Assembly: GCA_040143965.1 (NCBI GenBank)
Contig: JASJQH010006960.1
Location: forward strand, 1 to 32,237
Length of the DNA: 32,237 nt
DNA from: Basidiobolus ranarum
Taxonomy: Eukaryota
Reading direction: 5' to 3'
In this document: piece after piece, positions 12,401 through 23,403 of the stretch
How the letters are laid out: every line of letters starts with the position of its first letter
How positions within the stretch are numbered: position 1 is the stretch's first letter
Made by a program: the position numbers and the translations under genes
Notes under the pieces: generated by a model
What the model saw: only the letters and a program-made list of their open reading frames with translations
What the model was told of the DNA's origin: nothing
Database searches by the model: none

Positions 12401-12765
12401 TTTATAGAGTTAAATCCAGAAGTAGCGTTGGTATTTGGAAAGTTGAAACTTCCCCCTTGAGTGGAACTACCTGAAGGGTGAGAACTATTACTAGGATTAA
12501 AAGTGAATGTTGAGTTTTCTTCACGAGCTTTTCCGGAGGAAGCCTGTCCATTGTTATTTGTGGTGAACATTTCAGCTAATGTGCGTTGCCTTTTTGGTAA
12601 AGGATTAGATTCCGTTTCAAAAGCAGTCTCTAAGGGTCGAGTGAGACTGGTGGTATTATTTGGACTTGGCGTGTTGTTGTTAATATTAGCTCTGTTGGTT
12701 CTGCCAACGTTAGACCTTGAAGAGTGGCTCGACCTGGTTGACCTGTTGTTTTTATCGAATGACAT
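9481..12765 (-). CDS. CUL4: Cullin-4 (CRL4 E3 ligase scaffold); 11 exons, 880 aa
   Basis: Exons 12765-12261, 12181-12066, 12005-11902, 11840-11771, 11712-11639, 11576-10454, 10390-10277, 10213-10099, 10035-9863, 9790-9638, 9576-9481. CUL4-type [51 protein letters not shown], neddylation motif [10 protein letters not shown]-terminal YNYLA*. Confidence 0.95.
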
Positions 12766-13507
12766 GGGAAAAAGAGGGGATATTCATCCAGGAGAAAGAA
12801 AAACGCCTCAATTTGCTATCAACATCTTCATCACTCATTCATGATATTAACCTAGTCATTTTGATTTTTTTTCTGAATACATGTCTATTACTAATTCACA
12901 GATGACGAACGCTTTGGGATAATAATAATTATCATATTCTCATCTTTGAGATGTTGTTTGATCGAATAATTGATCGGTTGATTTTAAATTGGAGTTCATC
13001 GACTATTCGGATGAAATGGCGCTATTCCAGATTGAAAATCGATCATTACGGCCTTTGGTGAAGTAACGATCATTTCGGCCAAGTAGGATCAGTCAGGTTA
13101 TTTTTTAAGCATTTAGGCACTTATTGTGTTTATGATAAAACCAGTAAAAGATAAATTGTTGGAGTATCGTAGATTTGGATACACAAACAGTGCAAATTCA
13201 AAGTGGATCATATGAGGTGCACAAGATGAAAATGTTACCAGAAACTTCTTGGCGCCCATAAATGTACACATATGGTACTGGTAGAAATGACCAAACTGGC
13301 TTGTAGAAGGCTAGAGGATCTTAATGCAGATGAAATCAGGAAAACACAATCTTCTCTGAGTTCTAAAATGCCATGTGTCGCGATAACAATCACACTGCTA
13401 TCTAACTAATCCAAATGAGATCATGCTATGTGCAGTCTGTGAAACTATGACACAGTTTATAAGAGAGCACTTGAACCGGTGTTTCGATACTACATCGATT
13501 CTATTAC

Positions 13508-14023
13508 ATGAGCTGCCTTGCCTTAGTACCTCCCGCATTACCTGACTTCCGGTCGGATAAAATGTATAATCGATTGTCCTCAACTTCAGTGAAGACAAAT
13601 CATGAGAAAGTTGACTTGACTGACATTCTCTATGGTTCACCCTACTCGCAGATGGAGAACACTTCATCCGGCTTTTTTGATACAACGCATATCACCTTGT
13701 ACGAAGGTCAATCTTTCACGCTATTTGAAGATCACATTTTGATCCACAACCAACATTTCCCAATTGAAAGAGTTCAACGTATAGAATATCGAAATATTCT
13801 CGACGTATCCACTGATGAAGGACTCACCCTTAGCTGGCATGACTTGAAGACTGGGGGTCTCACACTGAACAGTATTAGGAGATCCCCGGTCCTCGTATTG
13901 ACTATCAGAAATAAGCATAGGAAGCTTAAGAAAGTTGGATTCTCTTTGATGGATACAGCTGCTTACTCCTTGCTGAAACGGCTGGTATACGAAGCAAACC
14001 ACACACCATTAATTATAGATTAA
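13508..14023 (+). CDS. Hypothetical 171-aa protein, possibly PH-like beta fold
   Basis: Single ATG-initiated ORF. The C-terminal ~110 aa alternate like beta strands (TLYEGQSFTLFEDHILIHNQHFP…RIEYRNILDV…VLVLTI…KVGFS) and end in an amphipathic helix (AAYSLLKRLV). Confidence 0.6.
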   Translation: MSCLALVPPALPDFRSDKMYNRLSSTSVKTNHEKVDLTDILYGSPYSQMENTSSGFFDTTHITLYEGQSFTLFEDHILIHNQHFPIERVQRIEYRNILDVSTDEGLTLSWHDLKTGGLTLNSIRRSPVLVLTIRNKHRKLKKVGFSLMDTAAYSLLKRLVYEANHTPLIID

Positions 14024-14374
14024 GCTTTCTTCCAATGATGCCCTTATTCCGACTTGTAATTACTAAAACATTAACTCTGTAAATAATCTTAACAACCCTA
14101 AACCGCTCTAACCCTGTAAATTTACCTAAATAAATTCCGAAATACGCCATGTGCTTTGAGGTTCTGTCTTACTCTGCAGCCTTCTTTGTACCCTAACCCT
14201 AACCTACCACAGATTTCTATAGACTCCTCCATGAACCTGTTACTTCATATATGAGTGTATTTCAGGTTTACTGGCAATTTTAATATTAATTGTTTGATTC
14301 AAATTAATTCTAATCTATGTGATTGAAATATATTTATGAAGGAAAGTCATGTTTTAAATACAGCTACAGATCAA

Positions 14375-14383
14375 TCACGTGAC
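14375..14383 (-). promoter_or_regulatory. GTCACGTGA E-box (Cbf1-type bHLH site) about 100 bp upstream of the Prp2/DHX16 start
   Basis: atcacgtgac on the + strand matches the RTCACGTG consensus. Function is inferred from position only. Confidence 0.4.
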
Positions 14384-14483
14384 AGTCGCGAATTTTACTG
14401 CGGTCAATTGTTGATACTATCTAATGGCACTTTTTTTTTTAAATAAAGTAAACCAGGTAGACTCCAAGAAGGCAAGATATATC

Positions 14484-17400
14484 ATGGATCTTAAGAACTG
14501 GGTATCAGATAACATATTAAAGTTTCTTGGCCTTTCTTCTAGAGAAGTTGTAGAGTATATTATTACTTCGGCCAAAACTTCCACCAGTGCTGAACATCTA
14601 TATACCACTTTAAAAGACGAAGGATTTTCAGCAAACGATTCAGCGAAAAATTTCGCTTACGAGTTATATTCGCGTGTTCCTCACCAAGCGCCAACCTCTA
14701 AGAGAAAAAATGAGAGAACTGAGGAGCAACGTTCTAGTAAACAAACAAAAACAACTACTTCCAAATTCGAACCAACAAGCGAAGATAACTCCCAAGTTGA
14801 CATAAACTTATCTTCTAAAAAATCTAAAGGTAAACAGATAAGAAAAAGAGGAGATGACGGCCAATGGGATAGCGATGAAGAGCAAATCAATAGATACCAA
14901 CCACCCGAAGAACCCCTTCTTGATCCTGAAACAGAATTCGAAAAAGCTGAGGAAGAAAGATTACGAGATTTGAAAGAGCGAGATGAATTTTCCGACAGAC
15001 TTAAAAATAAAGACCACGAAAAGACTAAGAAGTTGATAGAAGATAGATCTGGTAAAGACGAAACCGAGGCTATAAAGCGTCGCAATCTGGCGGACGATCC
15101 TGAAGCAAGAAAATCCGCACTTCCTAATATTCGTGAACGCTCTCGCCAAGAATACCTGAAACTACGTGAAGAACAACGACTAGAACTTTTGAGGAAGAAA
15201 ATTGAGGATGAAGAAGTTTTGTTTCACGATGAGCAGTTGACCAAAAAAGAAATCGAAGCCCACAAATACAACAAAGAGGTGCTAAGGCTCGCCGAAGAAC
15301 GCCTAAAAATCGACGACAAATTTGATGGGTACGTTATGCCTGAAGACTATATCACTGAAAAAGGAAAAATAGATCGCAAAAAGAAGGAGGAGGTACTCTA
15401 CAAACGTTATGAGGAAGACCAAAACCAAAAGTTTGTCTCCGAGCAGGACCAATGGGAGATGCATCAAATTAACAAATCTCAGCTCAAAGTTGGCGCAAAG
15501 GATCGCCCGAAACATGATGAACAAGACGAATATGACTATGTGTTTGACGAACAACAAATTGATTTCATTTTAGAAACTACCCTTAATGCGAAGAAGGCCG
15601 AGGAAGATGAGGGAGAGAAAATCAGTGAATGGGAAAGAAAGCAAATGTCCATCAAAGAAGTTCGTCGATCACTTCCTATTTTTAGTTTTAGAGAGCAACT
15701 TGTCCAAGCAATATCTGAGCATCAAGTACTTATTATTGTTGGAGAGACAGGCTCCGGAAAAACTACGCAACTCCCACAGTACCTGCATGAAGAGGGCTAT
15801 ACTAAGGGTGGTAAAAAGGTTGGTTGCACACAGCCTAGAAGAGTCGCAGCCATGAGTGTTGCCGCTCGTGTGGCTGAAGAAATGGGAGTTAAACTCGGTT
15901 ACGAGGTTGGCTATTCTATCCGCTTTGAAGATTGCACCTCCGACAAAACTGTTATGAAATACATGACTGATGGTATGCTTCTGCGTGAATTTTTAACAGA
16001 GCCTGATTTATCTAGCTACAGCGCTTTGATTATCGACGAGGCTCACGAAAGAACTCTGCATACCGATATCTTATTTGGGTTGGTTAAGGATATCGCAAGA
16101 TATCGCCCTGATTTGAAGCTTCTCATCTCTAGTGCAACAATGGACGCGCAGAAATTCTCGGAATATTTTGACGATGCCCCTATCTTTATGATTCCTGGCC
16201 GTCCATTCCCTGTTGAGATTTACTATACTAAAGCCCCAGAAGCGAATTATTTGCAAGCCGCCGTTACGACCATCATGCAAATCCATGTTACCCAGGACAA
16301 GGGTGATATATTGGTATTTCTTACAGGTCAAGAGGAGATTGAAAGCGCTCATGAAAATTTGCAGCAAACGTGTAGAGTTCTAGGGAGCAAAATTAAAGAA
16401 TTGATCATCTGTCCTATTTATTCTTCTCTCCCATCGGAGATGCAAAGCAAGATTTTTGAACCTACCCCAGACGGAGCCCGGAAAGTTATTCTTGCTACCA
16501 ACATCGCTGAGACCTCTATTACCGTTGACGGAATTGTTTATGTGATTGACCCTGGCTTTTCTAAGCAAAAATGCTACAATCCGAGAACCGGTATGGAGTC
16601 TCTTGTGGTTACGCCATGTTCAAGAGCATCTGCTGATCAAAGAGCTGGGAGAGCTGGACGTGTTGGTCCAGGAAAATGCTTCCGTCTCTACACTCAATGG
16701 GCATACTTCAATGAAATGGACATGAATACAATTCCAGAAATTCAAAGATCCAATCTTGGAAACACTGTCTTGCTGCTGAAAAGTTTAGGCATCAATGATC
16801 TAATTGAATTTGACTTCATGGATCCACCACCCGCTGAAACTTTAATCCGAGCCTTAGAACAATTATATGCTCTGGGTGCTCTAAACGATCGTGGCGAGTT
16901 AACAAAGTTGGGTAGAAAAATGGCTGAATTGCCCACAGACCCTATGTTAGCTAAAACCATAGTTGCCTCCGAAAAATTCAACTGCTCAGAGGAGATATTG
17001 TCCATTTGTGCCATGTTAACTGTTCAAAACTCCGTTTTTTATCGACCAAAGGATAAGAAATTCCACGCCGATAAAGCACGTCAAAATCTCACTCACCCCG
17101 AAGGAGATCATCTCACATTACTGAATGTCTGGACTCAGTGGGTAGAAACAAATTTCTCTATGCAATGGTGTTACGAAAATTTCATTCAATACCGGTCTAT
17201 GACAAAGGCACGAGATGTCCGTGATCAATTAGTGGGACTCTTGGAGAGAATTGAAATTGTCCCCGTCTCAAATCCTAATTCTGCCGATACTACACCCATT
17301 AAAAAAGCGCTTACATCTGGATTCTTTTATAACGCGGCTCGGTTGCAGCGCTCCGGCGACGCGTACCGTACCGCCAAGCACAGCCAAACTGTCAATATCC

Positions 17401-17594
17401 ATCCTAGTAGTGGTCTATTTGAAGAAAGACCGAAGTGGGTTATCTATTTTGAGTTGGTACTTACCTCCAAGGAATTCATGAGACAGGTTACGGAGATCAA
17501 ACCTGAATGGCTATTGGAACTGGCACCACATTATTATAAAGCGAAGGAAATCGAGGAAGACTCGAAGCGTAAGATGCCCAAGGCGCCTCGTTGA
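14484..17594 (+). CDS. DHX16: Pre-mRNA splicing DEAH-box RNA helicase Prp2/DHX16 (S. pombe Cdc28-like); intronless, about 1036 aa
   Basis: [52 protein letters not shown]. The N-terminus (MDLKNWVSD…, [18 protein letters not shown]) is DHX16-type. An in-frame ATG at 14424 is a less likely start. Confidence 0.93.
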   Translation: MDLKNWVSDNILKFLGLSSREVVEYIITSAKTSTSAEHLYTTLKDEGFSANDSAKNFAYELYSRVPHQAPTSKRKNERTEEQRSSKQTKTTTSKFEPTSEDNSQVDINLSSKKSKGKQIRKRGDDGQWDSDEEQINRYQPPEEPLLDPETEFEKAEEERLRDLKERDEFSDRLKNKDHEKTKKLIEDRSGKDETEAIKRRNLADDPEARKSALPNIRERSRQEYLKLREEQRLELLRKKIEDEEVLFHDEQLTKKEIEAHKYNKEVLRLAEERLKIDDKFDGYVMPEDYITEKGKIDRKKKEEVLYKRYEEDQNQKFVSEQDQWEMHQINKSQLKVGAKDRPKHDEQDEYDYVFDEQQIDFILETTLNAKKAEEDEGEKISEWERKQMSIKEVRRSLPIFSFREQLVQAISEHQVLIIVGETGSGKTTQLPQYLHEEGYTKGGKKVGCTQPRRVAAMSVAARVAEEMGVKLGYEVGYSIRFEDCTSDKTVMKYMTDGMLLREFLTEPDLSSYSALIIDEAHERTLHTDILFGLVKDIARYRPDLKLLISSATMDAQKFSEYFDDAPIFMIPGRPFPVEIYYTKAPEANYLQAAVTTIMQIHVTQDKGDILVFLTGQEEIESAHENLQQTCRVLGSKIKELIICPIYSSLPSEMQSKIFEPTPDGARKVILATNIAETSITVDGIVYVIDPGFSKQKCYNPRTGMESLVVTPCSRASADQRAGRAGRVGPGKCFRLYTQWAYFNEMDMNTIPEIQRSNLGNTVLLLKSLGINDLIEFDFMDPPPAETLIRALEQLYALGALNDRGELTKLGRKMAELPTDPMLAKTIVASEKFNCSEEILSICAMLTVQNSVFYRPKDKKFHADKARQNLTHPEGDHLTLLNVWTQWVETNFSMQWCYENFIQYRSMTKARDVRDQLVGLLERIEIVPVSNPNSADTTPIKKALTSGFFYNAARLQRSGDAYRTAKHSQTVNIHPSSGLFEERPKWVIYFELVLTSKEFMRQVTEIKPEWLLELAPHYYKAKEIEEDSKRKMPKAPR

Positions 17595-18158
17595 TTATAT
17601 TTGTCAACCATTAATCCTCATCCATGAAACCCCCCCCCCAACTGTAGAATATCAATTGGAAACTATATCCTTGACTTCTTGTCTCTACATTGCGCTCGCG
17701 TATCAAATTCATTTCCTTCTACTTTCATACTAGAGTGCACCATCAATTTACTTTCTTCAATTATATTGTAATATATTCAACATCTACGGCTGTCTTTTTT
17801 GCCGCGTAGTCATGAAATAATGGTATTGTTCGATGAAAACCAAACATCTCTCACTTGCAAGGATTTCTGATAAAATAAAACAATTCAGTTTATTGATTGT
17901 ATAAGCGGTTGATAGTAAAATAAAACAATGAAGTGTGCGGTGTTAATATGCTTGCAGTAAAGGACCTAAAAAGCGCAGAAAGCGATGCAACAACAAATAA
18001 AGTGCAAACGGTGTTGATGTGTCGTCTAATCAATGTTAATGAAATAATATAGTGCTGATGAAGAGAATTGCTTGGTTTGTTAAGGATGGAAGTATTACAC
18101 AAAAGATTATTGTTATTGACGATTCCGAAGTTCATCAATGTATGCAGTCGAGTCCACT

Positions 18159-20245
18159 TCATTTCTTGGATCTGTTCTTTCTTTTGGTGGGATCAAGTTC
18201 CTTCTTACGAAGACGAATGGACTCGGGGGTCACTTCTACAACTTCATCGTTACCAACATATGCGATGATTTCTTCGAGAGACATGGCTTTGATAGGACTA
18301 AGCTTGATAGCTTCATCCTTACCGGCGGCTCTCATATTATTGACTGCTTTGGCGCGTACAGGATTGACCTCAAGGTCAGAGGTATCCTTGCTGTATTCAC
18401 CAATTACCATTCCAGTGTAGATTTTGCTACCAACTGGGACAAAGAGTTTTCCTCTTGGCTCAATCAAAGAAAGAGCATATGAGGTTGAATCACCGACTGC
18501 GGTTGATACCAAAGCACCTTTACGGGTTTTCTCCATTTCACCTCTATAAGGCTCCCATGCATGGAAGATGTGATTCAGAACACCCAATCCACGAGTGTCG
18601 TTTTTGAACTCAGCGTGGTATCCCAAAAGACCACGAGTGGGGCAATGGAAAATAAGACGAGCTTTATCTCCAACCTCAGTGAAAATCTTCATTTCAGCCT
18701 TACGTTGAGCCAATTTCTCAATGATTGTTCCAGCAAACTCGTGGTCCACATCAATGGTTACTTCTTCAACTGGTTCGAGGGTAGCACCAGTCTTGGGATC
18801 CTTTCTAAGAACTACACGTGGTGGAGAAATGGATAATTCGAAACCCTCACGACGCATAGTTTCAATAAGAATACCAAGTTGAAGTTCTCCTCTACCGCAG
18901 ACTTCAACACCGTCCAAACCAGGTGTTTGGGATACTGCAAGAGCAACATTAGTCTCGGCTTCTTTCAAGAGACGATCCCGAATCATAGTGGAAGTGAGAT
19001 ATTTGCCCTCTTGTCCGGCAATTGGGGAGTCATTTACACCGAAAAACATAGAGACAGTAGGTGGATCGACAGGTGTGGAAGGAAGGGGCTTTAGAACTTC
19101 AGGATTGCAGAGAGTTGAGTTGACAGTGGCATTTTTGACACCAGCAATGGTAATAATATCACCAGCTCCAGCTTCATCAACAATGATTTGCTCAAGACCA
19201 GTACGAGTGAATAGCTTGGTGACACGGGCTTCATCAGTAACGTTGCCTTCGGGGTCAAGTGCATGAAGACGATCATTCACCTTGATAGTACCAGAAGTGA
19301 TTTTACCCAAGAAGCACTTACCCAAGTAGGGATTACTCTCGATTTGTGTAACAAGCATAGAGAATGGTGCATCGCGATTTACATCAGGGCTAGGTACGCG
19401 TTCCAATATCAAGTCAAAGAGGGGATCCATATTGGCTTGCTTGTCTTCCATATTTTTAACAGCCCAACCATCTTTGCCAGAAGCATAAACAATTTCATAC
19501 TCAAGTTGCTCATCGTTGGCACCCAAGTTCATGAAGAGATCAAGAAGCTCGCTGTCAACTTCAGCAGTACGTGCGGTGGGTCTATCCACTTTGTTGATTA
19601 CAACCAAAGGTTTAAGACCAGCTTCTAACGCCTTGGAGAGTACAAATTTAGTTTGGGTCATGGGACCTTCTGTGGCGTCCACTACCAACGCGACACCATC
19701 GACCATGGAAAGAATACGTTCAACCTCACCACCGAAATCAGCGTGACCAGGAGTATCAACAATGTTAATGCGATGATTTTTGTACATGATACTAGTGACC
19801 TTGGATAAAATGGTAATACCACGTTCTTTTTCAAGAGCGTTAGAATCCATGACACGAATATCAGACAAATTTTGCAAGGTTCCTGATTGGCGGAGTAAAC
19901 TGTCAACTAGAGTGGTTTTACCGTGATCGACGTGAGCTATATGGTGCATAGATTAGTATCAACCGTGATAAAGACTTTAGGCGAAGGAGGTAGCTACTTA
20001 CCAATGATGCCAATATTTCTGATGAATTTCGAGTCAATAAGAGTTCCAAGTACATTGGTGGGAGCCTCTTCGCTGGCAGCCTCCGGAGTGGCACTTGAAT
20101 AGGCACGCAAGAAGCGATAAGTAGCTTGGCCAATAGACTTGCTAAGTATAGGAGAACGTACATTTGAACGTAAACCAAGCAAGCCGTAGCTGCTCTTAAT
20201 AGGGGCACGAACGGCAGACACAGAAGGGAGTCTTAAAGCAAACAT
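18159..20245 (-). CDS. typA: Translational GTPase TypA/BipA with predicted mitochondrial presequence; 2 exons, 673 aa
   Basis: Exons 20245-20002 and 19936-18159 restore IRNIGIIAHVDHGKTT. Also ERGITILSK, DTPGHADFGGEVER, NKVD and the TypA-specific GRGELQLGILIETMRREGFEL and EVTPESIRLRK. The first ~50 aa are R/S/L-rich with no acidic residues. Confidence 0.93.
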
Positions 20246-20334
20246 ATCCAGCAAGTATAGAACGCTCGTTGGAGAATACTATCAGACAAGCAAACAAACA
20301 CAAGAGAAGCGAGCAGAAAGGAGTGCTCTCAAAA

Positions 20335-20344
20335 TGAAAAATTT
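20335..20344 (+). promoter_or_regulatory. RRPE-like element TGAAAAATTT upstream of typA
   Basis: Close match to the fungal ribosome-biogenesis element TGAAAAWTTTY, about 90 bp upstream of the typA ATG. Confidence 0.4.
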
Positions 20345-20627
20345 AACAGATCCATAACTCCACACATGTGCTGTGCCATAGCTCAGCATATCACAGCCAG
20401 ATTTCCTATCCAGGATGATTGGATGAAGAAATTTTTTTGAACTTGTGTTGATCTTAAATTTTCTAAATTAAATATTCAAACGACCAATTGGTACCAAACA
20501 GTGAACCCAAACAGTACTTAACTAACCCTCATTAACCGAGCCATTCCATTCTGTATGTCAAGTACTCCTTCCTATTTTAGACACCTGGATCAAAATGACA
20601 ATGGGGTGGGGGCACAGTATTAAACCG

Positions 20628-20842
20628 AGGGTTAGGGTTGGTGCTAATTCCCCACCCCCACTCCCCACACTGTATGGGTTAGGGTTACATCCATCTATAT
20701 ATATATATATATATCAGGGATAGGGTTAGGTTGTGGGTAATCTCCTAGGGTTAGGGTTATCCAGCATGTGATGAATGTTGTATCTAATCACAATTTTGGC
20801 TAAGCCATGTCGATGAAGGGCTGAGCTGTGGGTTAGGTTAGG
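20628..20842 (+). repeat. Cluster of short interstitial telomere-like TTAGGG repeats with an (AT)n tract
   Basis: agggttagggtt 20628, gggttagggtta 20676, tcagggatagggttaggtt 20714, ctagggttagggtta 20745, gggttaggttagg 20830; (TA)n at 20696-20714. Confidence 0.75.
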
Positions 20843-20909
20843 ATCAAAGTTGGGCTGAAAGTAGGGGAAGTATAAATATTGTGAACATAGTGTCGTAACG
20901 TTGATAGTC

Positions 20910-21859
20910 ATGAAATATACTCCAAGCTTCATTTGCAGGGTAGGAATTGCATGGTGTCTAGCCTTTAACCACTATGGTAATGCTCAAAATCAGCCATCGC
21001 TGCAAAATCTCATTATTTTCGGAGACGGATATAGCGACAGTGGTAATACGTTTATCCTGGACAACAATACTTGGCCTCAAAGACCATACTTTCGTGGTAG
21101 GTTCTCCAATGACCAAGTGTGGTCTGAACTTGTATTGCCACCTTTAAATATGCCACTCTCTATGTATGCGTACGGGGGATGTAGAGGTATCTATCTATGT
21201 AGTTCGATATGCACACATGAACGATCCTAACTATTGCTACTTTAGCCGACGAAGTCACTCAAACACCCAACAGCTCCGAAATCATACCTAGCATCACACA
21301 ACAGATGAGAGATTTCCTATCAGTACCTACCGACAAAATACTACGCTCCTTGGCCGTAGTGTTTTTCAGCGGGGCTGAGTTTCTGGAGGAACCTCTATCA
21401 GATCCTAACCAAGTTATTAAAGCCTTTCGAGAATGCATATATGAATTATCGCAGAGTGGGGTTCACAATATCATATTAACTACTCTACCGCCATTAGATC
21501 GTTTTCCAGGGGTTCAATTCGATCGAATCAGACAGTACCAATTACGTAGGATTGTTGATACCTACAACAGAGGAATGATCTCCTTGGTAAATTATTTCGC
21601 ACGCCGGCGTAAAATAATACTGTGGGATATACACAACATTTTCTCCCAAGTTATGGACAATGATTCCTTTAGAACTATCCACAAACCTTGCCTATTCAAC
21701 TCATCTAAAGGTACCCTCCAACAGTGTAACTATAGTGAGGATTACCTCTTTTGGGACACTTTGCATGTTACATCCAACATGCATCGCTTACTTGCCAAAT
21801 CATTCGTACACCAAGTCAGTTCCTCCTGGCCGGACATTCCCGTGTGGGGAGATGTTTAG
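20910..21859 (+). CDS. Secreted GDSL/SGNH hydrolase-like protein (CE16-like) with the nucleophile Ser replaced; 2 exons, 296 aa
   Basis: Exons 20910-21186 and 21246-21859. Weak signal peptide, LIIFGDGYSDSGN, GRFSNDQVWSE, YAYGG, TLPPLDRFP, YLFWDTLHVT. Confidence 0.85.
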
Positions 21860-22545
21860 GCCATGCTTTGACCACTCTTGTATATACATATAACTACCCA
21901 TATATCACGTGATATGCAGGAACATTTTACTAATGCACTTCATTGTACTTTATGACTGAACTATGATTGAGCATTTGGGTATGTAACAGTATACCTCGAT
22001 TTACTCGATTTACAATAAAAATGAGCATATGATTATATGGACTGATTATATGGACTGCATTCTATATTGATGCCTTTTATTTGGAAATTATTAAGGCATC
22101 GGATAATTTGCATGCGTAACCCTAACCCTAGCCTTGTAACATAGTGAGTACTTTATTCATTATAAAAATCACCCGCTTGTCCCTCTGGTGCACGTTTCTG
22201 TATATCTGTCTGACACTTTGAGCCAATCTTTGCTTAAGTTTCTTCCATTATTTCCCACTTGCAACTCTATCCTGCTCCTTAAGTCGTACCAAGCCCTTTT
22301 AGTTAGCTAGTCGTTAATATTATCGATATAATTTTGCATCTATCTCTCGATCAAATTCTAGTAATTTGCCGCTTGTGCCGACTCTGGTACTGAGAAGTAC
22401 CAATAGTTTTTCCTACCCTCAAGACCTTTTCTCCTCACCTCATTTCTATTATTATCTTTGTTTATTTCATTCTCACCAATTTGTTTCATCATCTTGTTAC
22501 CCTCTTACGAAACGCAAGGAAGGCAACACACCATTAGCAGAAGTT

Positions 22546-23403
22546 ATGTTGAACAAACGCTTAACCAAGGCTTTTCGTCGAGTTACTGAAAAAACTAAAG
22601 CCCATCTCCCCAAAACTTCCAGCTCTGCTTCTGTAGATAAAACATATCATCGTTTCCAAGATGACCTTGAACTTGACGATTCAGACCGGAATTATTACCA
22701 ACAACCTGAATACATTTTATCCCAAGCCTATTCTGAAAAACCTCTTACACCTCCGCTTTCTCCCCAAACCGACCCAAAGAAGCTCGATTCGGTAACTGTA
22801 CGCCGGACTCCTACTGTTACCTCTCGAAGCTCTGGGAATTTTGTTCGAACTATGCGTTTAATAAGTAAACAACGAAGAGAGGGCGCCCGTGTATCGGATA
22901 TTTATGATATATTTTTCCCAGAACAAGGTATCTGCAAAGCACGGGCTATTTACTTTGCAGCAAGAATAATGAATCACTTTCCGGACTTCATTCCTACAAA
23001 GTCTCTAGCAGGTGAGGATCCGGATACCCTTGACCGACTATATCACACTATTGCTGATAGAGTTTACACCTATTCATATGTAAATTCCTTCATGCCTAGT
23101 GGAGAGAAACAGGAACATATTTTGGCTAAATTTGAACAGGAAATGCAAGCTTTTAATCCCAAATATTTAGAGTTCAAAGGAGGACGTGAAGCGATTTTTG
23201 CAGTTCATTATGCTCTAAATGTAGTGTTTCCCGATGACCTCGAAACAGAAGAAAAGGTAAAGCTAGTTCAGATGGCTCGGGAATGTATTGAGAACTGCTT
23301 TGAGAGTGAAGAGAAGCTCAACGAAAATGAACGCCAGTGCATGTATAATTTTCATAAACTTATGAGTGGTGTTGAATGGCCTGATCCAAATTTAATGGTC
23401 TGA
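22546..23403 (+). CDS. Hypothetical protein, 285 aa; disordered N-terminal half and helical C-terminal domain
   Basis: Long single-exon ORF with first ATG at 22546 (MLNKRLTKAFRR…). No family recognised. Confidence 0.7.
   Translation: MLNKRLTKAFRRVTEKTKAHLPKTSSSASVDKTYHRFQDDLELDDSDRNYYQQPEYILSQAYSEKPLTPPLSPQTDPKKLDSVTVRRTPTVTSRSSGNFVRTMRLISKQRREGARVSDIYDIFFPEQGICKARAIYFAARIMNHFPDFIPTKSLAGEDPDTLDRLYHTIADRVYTYSYVNSFMPSGEKQEHILAKFEQEMQAFNPKYLEFKGGREAIFAVHYALNVVFPDDLETEEKVKLVQMARECIENCFESEEKLNENERQCMYNFHKLMSGVEWPDPNLMV

Noticed and set aside
14681-19906. Numerous short overlapping or antisense ORFs within DHX16 and typA
   Set aside because: Alternative-frame by-products of long conserved coding sequences.
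18159-20245. typA as bacterial contamination or a chimeric contig
   Set aside because: It has a spliceosomal intron and a targeting presequence, and is embedded among fungal genes.
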